DNA from: Calditrichota bacterium
GTDB lineage: Bacteria > Zhuqueibacterota > JdFR-76 > BMS3Abin05
Assembly: GCA_013151735.1 (NCBI GenBank)
Contig: JAADHR010000017.1
Span: 30,138-94,137 of the forward strand
Reading direction: 5' to 3'
DNA length: 64,000 nt
Both the position numbers and the translations under genes were made by a program. Below are positions 10,301 to 17,919 of this stretch, piece by piece; positions within the stretch are counted from its first letter, which is position 1, and each line of letters opens with the position of its first letter. The notes under the pieces were generated by a model. The model was not told where the DNA came from, searched no databases, and saw only the letters and a program-made list of their open reading frames with translations.

Positions 10301-10542
10301 TAGGGACTCCACTCGGAATACGATTTAAATTGAGTTCCAACCGCCGGGCAAGAATTGATCTGTACGATATTTCCGGATACCATATTATGAAAATTGTTGA
10401 AGGCGATTTTTCCGCCGGATGGAACACCTATCGGTGGAATGGCCAAATGCCAGATGGCAAGAAAGTTGGCAGCGGCGTGTATATTATTACGATTAAATCC
10501 GGCAATTTGAACTGTTGGAAAAAAGTAATTCTGGTGAGGTAA
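7354..10542 (+). CDS. Large secreted repeat protein with DUF11-type repeats and a C-terminal T9SS/FlgD-Ig-like sorting domain
   Basis: Signal peptide. Three tandem ~249-aa modules, each carrying a DUF11-like segment (EGESYSYKIDLTNTGPDTARSVRLW; EGTSYSYEIMVRNAGPDTARHVRIW). The C-terminal ~80 aa (RIDLYDISGYHIMKIVEGDFSAGWNTYRWNGQMPDGKKVGSGVYIITIKSGNLNCWKKVILVR) fits the type-A CTD pattern of Por/T9SS cargo. Confidence 0.7.
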   Translation: MDSSFANRRVFILLAAIVLLFQMNGMAAPLGVESQSKNWPQMSKTAQNVFENQSSESVTGTIDTIEVTGDTTAFPRDPSKIYVIADYLPKISKEVANIKVQSSGFFRIFTQVLNDKDQHNESFFLQIRYPDSSLINACDANLGPYKVVIDTTAPDSEDSQIRYAGTFYFKKGINTIILNHYAKIAVRFPIFWNGNTDSVSIHSNPESVHFKQVILIKVTNPFDAALTYSASADTLIDVGGQMVKAVKEGRPYSYVLRVKNVGKGRLIRFKIKALIPDSTTFFNIRPAPDTTRNDTVFWQIDSLSPGAEQTILIDAKSFTNLVVTPHRLFSRAWVESKCDTNLVNNEDSTIVYAYSPCDFFTPEAPQIQASSQSVFENQSLFIRVRLPKRVMAWDLRVHYADGTVDSSYGDAFIQSTGNVADQWLTVHPRFTNTKLLTAADHEQIVFELFSTDSCGYSNVAYDTVTVNREKCDLALNYTAQTDTIVHYQGADVPAVMEGESYSYKIDLTNTGPDTARSVRLWVIRPDSVTWSSFVPSPQVLKSDTAFWTFDKMSPGSDREITFQATVADSIPVSPIQLLSKAGIQAKADTNQANNIDSTRVLAFDRCTFFTPEAPQIQLVPNSVFEGDSAVVRVRLPKRVTWWDIRVYTVDGRVDSSYGDAFIQSTGNVADQWLTIRPSFTNTQLLTEANQEPIVFELRTQDACGHAGLVRDTLFVKRIIEKCDVSLKYTVHTDTSVVYQGKTVPAVLEGTSYSYEIMVRNAGPDTARHVRIWATQPDSATFNHFSPAIQYVNGDTVFWAFDKLAPSETVNLTFSARVSDKLPAAPVELFSKAMVQADDDTNQANNADSTQVFGFNSCAFFSPESPKIEVSPAFVEVGDSVQVRVWLPKGVVSWDVDVRFVNGKIDSSYADAFIRRTGNVPDQWITLQPVFTETRLITRALQEAIIFELHTQDRCGNRQTAQARVLVKSSNDCLLDRNVFKAEVGTPLGIRFKLSSNRRARIDLYDISGYHIMKIVEGDFSAGWNTYRWNGQMPDGKKVGSGVYIITIKSGNLNCWKKVILVR
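8563..8627 (+). repeat. Intragenic near-identical 65-bp segment, copy 1 (encodes DSSYGDAFIQSTGNVADQWLT)
   Basis: 63/65 nt identical to 9310..9374, exactly 747 bp (249 codons) downstream. The flanking sequence is much more diverged. Confidence 0.85.
9310..9374 (+). repeat. Intragenic near-identical 65-bp segment, copy 2
   Basis: See copy 1. A third, more diverged copy lies at about 10057-10120. Confidence 0.85.
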
Positions 10543-10543
10543 C

Positions 10544-13141
10544 ATGAAACGAGTGAATAGAATTACCAACGAGAAAACATCTGTTTTCAAAATTGCTTTA
10601 GCGATCGTTTTTGCGCTTGTGGTCAGTGCGATTGGAGGAAATTCCGTTGCACAGGTTCGTTCCGGTGTGGCCTTTTTAAAGATATTGCCAGGTGCTCGGC
10701 AGCAATCCATGTCCGGGAGTCTGACGGGGCTTTTGGATGAAGATTATGCCTATTATGCCAATCCGGCGGCCACAGGATTTGCGCGTGAGTGGCAGTATTC
10801 TTTAACCTACACGAAATGGATTACGGATATCTACAACATTTCATTAAATTATGGGCGGGGTTTGTCGCTTCCTTGGAACAACAGATCGCGCATCATGTTC
10901 GGGGTGAATTACCAGGGCGTAAAAGAATTTGACAGTTCCCGAGGCGCAACTCCACCGGCATCTGCCAGTGATTTGCTGGCCCTGGTCAGTGTGGGGTCGT
11001 CCTTTCCAAGATTCTCAAGGAATGTTTCATTTGGTATTAACGCGAAATACTTTCGTAGCAATTTGGCGCAGTACACCGCTAATGCCGTGATTTTGGACAT
11101 GGGGGTTTTGTACCGGACGCACCGATTTCATTTCCTGAATTGGAAAAATGGTTTGTTTAAATATGGTATTTTTTCTGCAGGATTGGCCGTGACCCAGTTG
11201 GGAAATTCCATGCGGTTTATCGATGTAGCCACACCGCTGCCGCGGACGTACCGTGGCGGTGTGGCCTTTTACACCGGGACTCATAACGGATTCCAGATTC
11301 AACTTTCGCTGGATGTTCGGAAAATCCGCGATGAAAAAACATCATTGAGCCTGGGTTCTGAAATTTCCCTTGGTAAGAGAATTTCCATCCGCGGCGGTTA
11401 CAATTTTCAAAATGCCCTTCTTAGTAAATATTCTTTCGGAATGGGAATTCGGCTGGACGATTACAGCACGGCTTTGAAAGATTTTCTGCCGGGGCGCAAA
11501 CACGCACTCAAATTTGATATTGCCGCCCTTCAAAATATGGATTTCTTCTCGAATGCTTCTCGGATCAGTGTAACCGATTATCCGATTGGTCCCGAAAAAT
11601 TTGAGTATCAAACACCCGGGAAGATTGAAACCTACACCACCGAAGACAGCGTTACCCTTCGCTGGCAAGTAACTCGCGACCCCGATCTTTTTGATGAGGT
11701 GCAGTACGGATTTTATCTGACAAAAGACAGCCTGAGTCTGGCTAATTATCTGAAAAAATTGGATCAAAAAAAGGTTGATCTCTCCCAAAAACCAGAAGAC
11801 GCCGTTGTGTTTGCGCTGACGCCCTCTGTGAAAATTCATGAAGGTAAGGAGCGGCGCAAATTTCGTGTGGAGTTGTCACCCCTGCCAATCGGAAATTATT
11901 TTTGGTCGGTTTGGGCAAGAGATGACGATGATCACATTCGGTTTGCAGTAAAATCGGGACAAAAAATTCAACATTTTAGAGTGATAGCCAAAGAGATTCC
12001 CGTTCCTCCGGACACAACCGCTGACCTGATGCTGGCCAAAACGGCTGCTCTTCCTCCGCTGGATGTAAATATTCATTTTCCGTTTGATTCGGCTCGATTG
12101 ACTCCCCGCGCAAAAGAAATGCTAAACATTCTTGGGATGGCTCTCAATTCCAAGGAGCTCCGATCCACGCACGTGGAACTGGGGGGACACACCGACAAAC
12201 GCGGATCTGCCGCCTACAATTTAAGGCTGTCTCAGCGGCGTGTCGATCGTGCAAAGGATTATTTGATTGCCGTACCGGCTGTGGATTCGTCCCGGTTAAC
12301 GGCCATCGGATACGGCGAAAGCCGGCCTCTTATAAAGAATGCCACAACGGAGGCAGAATTTGCGATTAACCGCAGGGTGGAAATTAAGCTGTCCCGTCAA
12401 CAGGGATCCGAAAATAGCGAAAAAGTGACCCGTCTTCCGGTTCCCAAAACGATTATGGCCGGAAAAGAATTTTCCTATAAAATTAATGTGAAGAATAAGG
12501 GGCCCCGGCCAGCCCGATCCATTTCGATCAAAGATAAGCTGCCCTCAGGGATAAAAATTGTAAGCACCTCTATTCAACCGGACTCTCTTTCGGGTAATCT
12601 GCTGTTCTGGAAGTTTGATTCCCTGGCTACGGGAGATTCTCTCGTTATCGTACTCAAGGCCAAAGCACCGGATTTCGTAGATAGAAATCCCAAACCATTC
12701 TTAAACAAGAGCAATGTGACGGCCATCAACGATACCTCCTTTTTTAATAATGTGGACAGCGTCTCTGTTCTTGTAATCGGAACACCCGACACAGCCGTGT
12801 ATTTCGGATTTGACAGTTCCAATGTCAGGCCGCAGGCCCGGAAGCTCTTGGAACAGTGGGCCAATTTTATTGAAGCCTCTCCCCGGATCCCAATCTGCAT
12901 TGAGGGACATACCGACAGCATCGGTTCCGACGCCTATAACATGCGTCTCTCCATTCGGCGGGCTAAGTCAGTGAAAAAATGGCTCATAACCTGGCTCAGA
13001 CAACACGCGGCTTCAGAAGTAAAAGAGGTCCATATTTACACCATTGGATATGGGGAAAGACGGCCCATTGCTACGAATAAAACAGAAGAAGGCCGGCAAA
13101 AAAATCGGAGAATTGTGATTCATCCGAGGCCGTGTAAATAG
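10544..13141 (+). CDS. Outer-membrane protein: PorV/FadL-like beta-barrel N-terminus fused to two OmpA-like peptidoglycan-binding domains and a DUF11 repeat
   Basis: N-terminus LPGARQQSMSGSLTGLLDEDYAYYANPAATGF resembles the GAR..MGGA...D.SA..NPAGL box of PorV/FadL-type barrels. Two OmpA_C domains (FDSARLTP...GHTDKRGSAAYNLRLSQRRV and FDSSNVRP...GHTDSIGSDAYNMRLSIRRA) are separated by a DUF11-like segment (KEFSYKINVKNKGPRPARSIS). Starts 1 bp after the upstream cargo gene. Confidence 0.7.
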   Translation: MKRVNRITNEKTSVFKIALAIVFALVVSAIGGNSVAQVRSGVAFLKILPGARQQSMSGSLTGLLDEDYAYYANPAATGFAREWQYSLTYTKWITDIYNISLNYGRGLSLPWNNRSRIMFGVNYQGVKEFDSSRGATPPASASDLLALVSVGSSFPRFSRNVSFGINAKYFRSNLAQYTANAVILDMGVLYRTHRFHFLNWKNGLFKYGIFSAGLAVTQLGNSMRFIDVATPLPRTYRGGVAFYTGTHNGFQIQLSLDVRKIRDEKTSLSLGSEISLGKRISIRGGYNFQNALLSKYSFGMGIRLDDYSTALKDFLPGRKHALKFDIAALQNMDFFSNASRISVTDYPIGPEKFEYQTPGKIETYTTEDSVTLRWQVTRDPDLFDEVQYGFYLTKDSLSLANYLKKLDQKKVDLSQKPEDAVVFALTPSVKIHEGKERRKFRVELSPLPIGNYFWSVWARDDDDHIRFAVKSGQKIQHFRVIAKEIPVPPDTTADLMLAKTAALPPLDVNIHFPFDSARLTPRAKEMLNILGMALNSKELRSTHVELGGHTDKRGSAAYNLRLSQRRVDRAKDYLIAVPAVDSSRLTAIGYGESRPLIKNATTEAEFAINRRVEIKLSRQQGSENSEKVTRLPVPKTIMAGKEFSYKINVKNKGPRPARSISIKDKLPSGIKIVSTSIQPDSLSGNLLFWKFDSLATGDSLVIVLKAKAPDFVDRNPKPFLNKSNVTAINDTSFFNNVDSVSVLVIGTPDTAVYFGFDSSNVRPQARKLLEQWANFIEASPRIPICIEGHTDSIGSDAYNMRLSIRRAKSVKKWLITWLRQHAASEVKEVHIYTIGYGERRPIATNKTEEGRQKNRRIVIHPRPCK

Positions 13142-13224
13142 AGGCTCGAGTTCAATCTTTTTCAGTAATAAACAGTGTTTTGCACCTTTTGAATTAAGAA
13201 CCAATTTAGGGGAACGATTAAAAA

Positions 13225-13252
13225 GGTCATCCCATCCGGGATGGCCTTTTTT
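13225..13252 (+). terminator. Rho-independent terminator
   Basis: GGTCATCCC-atcc-GGGATGGCC forms a 9-bp stem (one G-U pair) followed by TTTTTT. Lies 85 bp downstream of the OmpA-fusion gene. Confidence 0.7.
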
Positions 13253-13464
13253 GTGTTCATAGTACGTGCCGGGGACGTCTTGCCACACCAACCCAAATTT
13301 TACTTGAATTTTCCCCAAATATGTTGCAATTTAATATAAGTGTTTGGTTAAAAAACGAAATTCCGCAAACGGCATTTTGTTTTGATAGATTAATTTATGA
13401 GATTTTGCGTGGGGGCAAGAAGAATTTTTATCGAACCCGCTAAAGAACTCAGGGAGGAACGAAT

Positions 13465-14436
13465 ATGGAGTACACACATCTCGGACGCAGTGGCATAAAA
13501 GTGAGCCGTCTTTGTTTGGGTACGATGAATTTTGGTCCGCTAACGGAAGAATCGGACAGTTTTGCTATTATGGACCGGGCCCTGGAGCTGGGAATCAATT
13601 TTTTTGATACCGCCAATGTGTATGGCTGGAAAATAGGGGAGGGTGTAACCGAGCAAATCATCGGACGATGGTTGGCCCAGGGAAATGGCAGGCGTGAACG
13701 TATCGTGTTGGCCACAAAGGTGTATGGCAAGATGGGGGAGGGTCCAAATGACCGGGGGCTTTCCGCTTACCATATCAAACGGGCATGTGAGGACAGTTTA
13801 AAACGGCTGCGAACCGATCATATCGATTTATATCAGATGCACCACATCGACCGTGAGACCCCCTGGGAAGAAATCTGGCAGGCAATGGAACAATTACATC
13901 GGGAGGGGAAAGTCCTGTATTTTGGAAGCAGTAATTTTGCCGGTTGGCAGATCGCCCATGCGCAATGCGAAGCTAAAAAGAGAAATTTTATGGGCTTGAT
14001 TTCCGAACAGAGTCTTTACAATTTGACGGCCAGGACAATTGAGCTGGAGGTGGTACCTGTCTGCCGTGAACTTGGGCTTGGAATTATTCCCTGGAGCCCG
14101 CTTGGCGGAGGACTTCTGGGGGGTGTTTTGAACAAACTCTCTCAGGGTCGAAGAGCTGAGAAACTTGTTTTGGAAAAAGTGAAAAAATACCACTCCAAAC
14201 TTGAGGCGTACGAAACCCTCTGCGCTGACATGGGAGAACGTCCGGCCAACGTGGCTCTGGCCTGGCTGTTGAACCGGCCGGGGGTTACAGCTCCCATCAT
14301 TGGTCCACGAACGCGTGAGCAATTGGAAGAGGCGCAGCGGTCGCTTGAAATTCGGTTGTCGGATGAGGTGCTTCAGAAACTGGATGAAATCTGGCCGGGC
14401 CCCGGCGGTGAGGCACCGGAGGCGTATGCCTGGTAA
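13465..14436 (+). CDS. Aldo/keto reductase (Tas/YajO-like)
   Basis: MEYTHLGRSGIKVSRLCLGTMNFG N-terminus and a GSSNF active-site region. 323 aa. RBS GGGAGG upstream. Confidence 0.85.
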   Translation: MEYTHLGRSGIKVSRLCLGTMNFGPLTEESDSFAIMDRALELGINFFDTANVYGWKIGEGVTEQIIGRWLAQGNGRRERIVLATKVYGKMGEGPNDRGLSAYHIKRACEDSLKRLRTDHIDLYQMHHIDRETPWEEIWQAMEQLHREGKVLYFGSSNFAGWQIAHAQCEAKKRNFMGLISEQSLYNLTARTIELEVVPVCRELGLGIIPWSPLGGGLLGGVLNKLSQGRRAEKLVLEKVKKYHSKLEAYETLCADMGERPANVALAWLLNRPGVTAPIIGPRTREQLEEAQRSLEIRLSDEVLQKLDEIWPGPGGEAPEAYAW

Positions 14437-14619
14437 AAAGTGATTATACTTTTTTTGCAAAACGGATTGTAAAAGTTGGTTTCATTCTTGAATTCGCTCT
14501 AAAAACCACGAATGACAAAACAGCACGAATTTAGTTCCAACAGAACCCATTCGTGAAAATTCGTGAGCAAAGGCTTTTTAGAGCAGACTCATTCTTTAAA
14601 ACTAAAGGGGTTGGTTCCA

Positions 14620-14937
14620 ATGAAACTTTTCTGGGTAGCAGTGGCTATTTTTATCTTGAATCTGCCATTTGGGTACTGGCGGGCCCACGTGAAAAAATTT
14701 TCTTTACAGTGGGCGTTGGCTGTTCATATTCCAGTGCCGTTTGTTATTGCGCTGCGCATCTTCAGCGGACTGGGATTTCAGCTGATTTCCTACCCTGTTT
14801 TAGTGGGAGCGTTTTTTACCGGTCAATATCTGGGCGGGATACTCAACCGAAACTGGGAAAACTTCGCAAAAACTCCCGTATCTTCCTGTCTGGTGTGGAA
14901 TGTGGTTCAGGAGGTTCGCTCTTTACCCAAAAGATAG
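14620..14937 (+). CDS. Small membrane protein, unknown function
   Basis: Internal ATG (MKLFWVAVAIF...) with an AAGGGG RBS. Three predicted TM helices. The longer ORF beginning at 14563 probably starts too early. Confidence 0.4.
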   Translation: MKLFWVAVAIFILNLPFGYWRAHVKKFSLQWALAVHIPVPFVIALRIFSGLGFQLISYPVLVGAFFTGQYLGGILNRNWENFAKTPVSSCLVWNVVQEVRSLPKR

Positions 14938-14994
14938 TATCATTTAATCGGTCGCTATCTTGGGTTTCTTATTCCCAAACAAAGGACTTTTTTT

Positions 14995-16842
14995 ATGCCC
15001 CGCATCTCAGGAAAAAGTATTCGAAGAATTGCTATTCTTGTCACGATTCTTCTCTTTTCCCTCATGTTTCAGAATGGGCGGCTTCTGGCAGGAAACAAAA
15101 CGTATGCTATCACCCGTGTGGCCATTCAGGCCCGGCTGCAATCCGATGGCAGTATGAGCGTAACAGAGACGCGCGCATTCAAATTTAGAGGCCGTTTCCA
15201 CTTTGCCTACCGCACGTTTCCCTTAAATGGACAGGTGAAATTTGCAGATTTTTTGATATCCGAGGGAAGTCAGTCCTACCGTTTCTCTCAATCGAAAAAA
15301 CCGGGCACCTACCAGATTATTCAGAAAAAAAATCAAACGGAAATTCGATGGTTTTTTAAAGCCAAAAATCAAACGCGGACTTTTACGATTCACTATCGGG
15401 TTGAGAATGCGGTTCGACGGTATGAGGATGCGGCCGTTTTGTATTATCAATTTATCAGTAAAGATTGGGGAATCCCCCAGCACCGCATTGAGATTTCTCT
15501 GATTCCACCCGTTACATTAACCCGATCGGAAATAAAAGAATGGGTGCACGGGCCGCTTTGGGCCTCGTCTCACATTGGCGTCGACGGGACGATTGATATC
15601 CAATGTGTCCGGCTGCCCAAAAAGTCGTATCTGGAAGTGCGAGCCTTGTACCCGCCGGAAATATTTCCTGAATTGCCGCTAATTCACAAGCGGGTGAAAG
15701 ACGAGATTCTGCAAGAAGAAGCAAAATGGGCAGCGCAGGCCAACCAGGCACGGCAGGAGGTCATCCGGAAAGAGAAAAATCGACGCCAGAGAAAAGCGTC
15801 CGGAAGATGGGTGATCATCGGTCTGAGTTTGTTCGGATTGCTGCTGTGGTGGCGTATCTACCAAAAATATGGAAAGCGTCCCGGGGTTATCCACAAAAAC
15901 TACATGTCCTCCGATATCCCGGAGCGGTTGCCCCCGGCTTTTGTGGGCTATCTGATGAACAATCGGCAAATTTACGGGAATGCCCTGATGGGAACCATTC
16001 TGAGGTTTGCCCAAATGGGTATTTTGACTTTTTACGAGGATGAAGACGAAAAAAAATCCATCTGGGGAAAGACCCGGAAAAAACCACACTATCGTCTGGA
16101 ATTGAACCGAAAGGCTTTCGAAGAGCAAAAGGACACGTTATTGGATTTTGAGAGGCATCTGATTTCCTTCCTGTTTGATGAGTTGGCGGGCGGAAATTCA
16201 TCAATCGATCTGGAATCCATCCGAAAGAATCGAAATAAATTCTTAAAATTTTTCCGAAACTGGAAAAAAGATGTTCAAAACGCTGCAAAAGCCAAAAACT
16301 GGTTCGACGAAACCAGCAGACGCGGAATGATCCTTTCTGTTGTGCTTGCTGTCGGATTCTTTGCTTTGACGGTTCCCGCTGCATTTCTTGTGGAGGAGTG
16401 GGCTGTTGTTTTGGGAGTGACGGGTCTTCTTATTCTTATTTTGTCTTTTTTCATTCCTCACCGGACAAAAGAGGGCGAAGCTCTGGCACAGCAGTGGAAA
16501 GCACTGAAAAAATACCTTCAAAAGACACAATTCTTGCAAGGCGATCACTCCCAGCTGCTCGATACAATAAACGATTATTTGATTTATTCCGTTACGCTGA
16601 GCGTGCCCCGAAAATCCATTCAAAAATTAGTGGAACAAATTCCGGAAGAAACCTATCAGAATTATATTGGATGGTATATTTACACCGGCCGCGGAACCTT
16701 TTCCTCGGAGGCGTTTAGTCACTCATTTTTAACTGCTATTTCGGCAACCACCTCTGCATTAAGTTCGGCTTCGGGAGCAGGCGGAGGAGCTTCTGCCGGA
16801 GGAGGCGGCGGTGCAGCCAGCGGCGGCGGGGGAGCGGGATAG
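14995..16842 (+). CDS. DUF2207 family membrane protein
   Basis: N-terminal signal/TM, an extracytoplasmic domain, a TM pair, and a C-terminal Gly-rich tail (SASGAGGGASAGGGGGAASGGGGAG) typical of DUF2207 proteins. Confidence 0.6.
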   Translation: MPRISGKSIRRIAILVTILLFSLMFQNGRLLAGNKTYAITRVAIQARLQSDGSMSVTETRAFKFRGRFHFAYRTFPLNGQVKFADFLISEGSQSYRFSQSKKPGTYQIIQKKNQTEIRWFFKAKNQTRTFTIHYRVENAVRRYEDAAVLYYQFISKDWGIPQHRIEISLIPPVTLTRSEIKEWVHGPLWASSHIGVDGTIDIQCVRLPKKSYLEVRALYPPEIFPELPLIHKRVKDEILQEEAKWAAQANQARQEVIRKEKNRRQRKASGRWVIIGLSLFGLLLWWRIYQKYGKRPGVIHKNYMSSDIPERLPPAFVGYLMNNRQIYGNALMGTILRFAQMGILTFYEDEDEKKSIWGKTRKKPHYRLELNRKAFEEQKDTLLDFERHLISFLFDELAGGNSSIDLESIRKNRNKFLKFFRNWKKDVQNAAKAKNWFDETSRRGMILSVVLAVGFFALTVPAAFLVEEWAVVLGVTGLLILILSFFIPHRTKEGEALAQQWKALKKYLQKTQFLQGDHSQLLDTINDYLIYSVTLSVPRKSIQKLVEQIPEETYQNYIGWYIYTGRGTFSSEAFSHSFLTAISATTSALSSASGAGGGASAGGGGGAASGGGGAG

Positions 16843-16927
16843 CCGGTTGATTCGATTCGGATGGGATGATTTATAAAATGGAATGATTCCGTTTGGAATC
16901 GAGCAAAAAGATTGGAGATTCTGCCTA

Positions 16928-17905
16928 ATGATTGGTTTGGTCGGTCTTGGAAATATGGGATCAGCCATTGCACATGTAATGGCTTCAAACGGACACGCTG
17001 TGCTTGGATGGGAACACAACGCCCGTGTGGTTGAGGAAATCAACCGTAACCACACGAACACCCCATTTTTACCTGGTATTACATTGGATCCCAACTTAAA
17101 AGCGACCGGTGATCTGAAGCGGGTGTTTGAGACGTGTCCGGTTATTTTTGTGGCCATTCCATCGATCTTTTTTCAATCGGTGCTAAAACCCTTTTCAAAC
17201 AAGACCACCGGAAAGGTGTTTGTAGATTTGACCAAAGGGATTGACCGGGAGACGCTCTTAACCTCATTTCAAATGCTGCAGATTCTTTTTCCCGGCAACC
17301 AACATGTGATGCTGTCCGGCCCGTCTATTGCCAATGAGTTTTCCCGCGGTCTGCCAACCCTGGTTATGCTTGCCGGCGAAGACAAAAGCGGTCTTTTACA
17401 AATTGCCCGAATTTTGGAAAATGATTATTTTCGGGTTCGTTTTTCGGACGACACCATTGGCGTCGAATTGGGTGGAATCCTGAAGAATATTTATGCCATT
17501 GGTCTGGGAATTTTTGACGGACTGGCCATTGACAGTGTGAATTTCCGATCCTCTTACTTGACGGTTGCTCTGGAGGAAATTTCTCAAATAGGGGTGGCTC
17601 TGGGGGCTCGAAAGGAAACCTTCCTGTATCTTGCAGGGATGGGCGATCTGCTGGCGACATCCTTGAGCCAGCACAGCCACAATCGACGGATGGGCGAATT
17701 TCTGGCGCAGGGGCTTTCTCTCAAGAAAATCGAACAGAAAATGGGAGTTTTGCCTGAGGGATTTAATACGCTCAAGATGACGCTGTATCTTGCAGAAAAG
17801 CACCATTGTTCGATGCCCCTGGCGAGAGGGTTGTGGGATGTTATTCACGAGCGCCTGAGCGCCGAAACCTTTGTTCAGATGTTTATTAAGGACTTTGTCG
17901 AATAG
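16928..17905 (+). CDS. gpsA: NAD(P)H-dependent glycerol-3-phosphate dehydrogenase
   Basis: Rossmann motif GLGNMGSAIAHVMASNGH and a GpsA-like C-terminal domain. Start placed at the internal Met, which has a GGAGA RBS. Confidence 0.85.
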   Translation: MIGLVGLGNMGSAIAHVMASNGHAVLGWEHNARVVEEINRNHTNTPFLPGITLDPNLKATGDLKRVFETCPVIFVAIPSIFFQSVLKPFSNKTTGKVFVDLTKGIDRETLLTSFQMLQILFPGNQHVMLSGPSIANEFSRGLPTLVMLAGEDKSGLLQIARILENDYFRVRFSDDTIGVELGGILKNIYAIGLGIFDGLAIDSVNFRSSYLTVALEEISQIGVALGARKETFLYLAGMGDLLATSLSQHSHNRRMGEFLAQGLSLKKIEQKMGVLPEGFNTLKMTLYLAEKHHCSMPLARGLWDVIHERLSAETFVQMFIKDFVE

Positions 17906-17919
17906 ATTAAGGAGCGGAT

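Noticed and set aside
14553-15188. 211-aa ORF overlapping the small membrane protein gene and the DUF2207 gene in another frame
   Set aside because: Low-complexity translation, no start context, and it overlaps two better-supported genes. Likely spurious.
15679-16384. Several 100-165-aa minus-strand ORFs inside the DUF2207, glpK, enoyl-CoA hydratase and histidine-kinase genes (for example 15679..16128, 18874..19482, 23156..23884)
   Set aside because: They are antisense to strongly supported genes, have biased composition and lack RBS-like context. Typical shadow ORFs.
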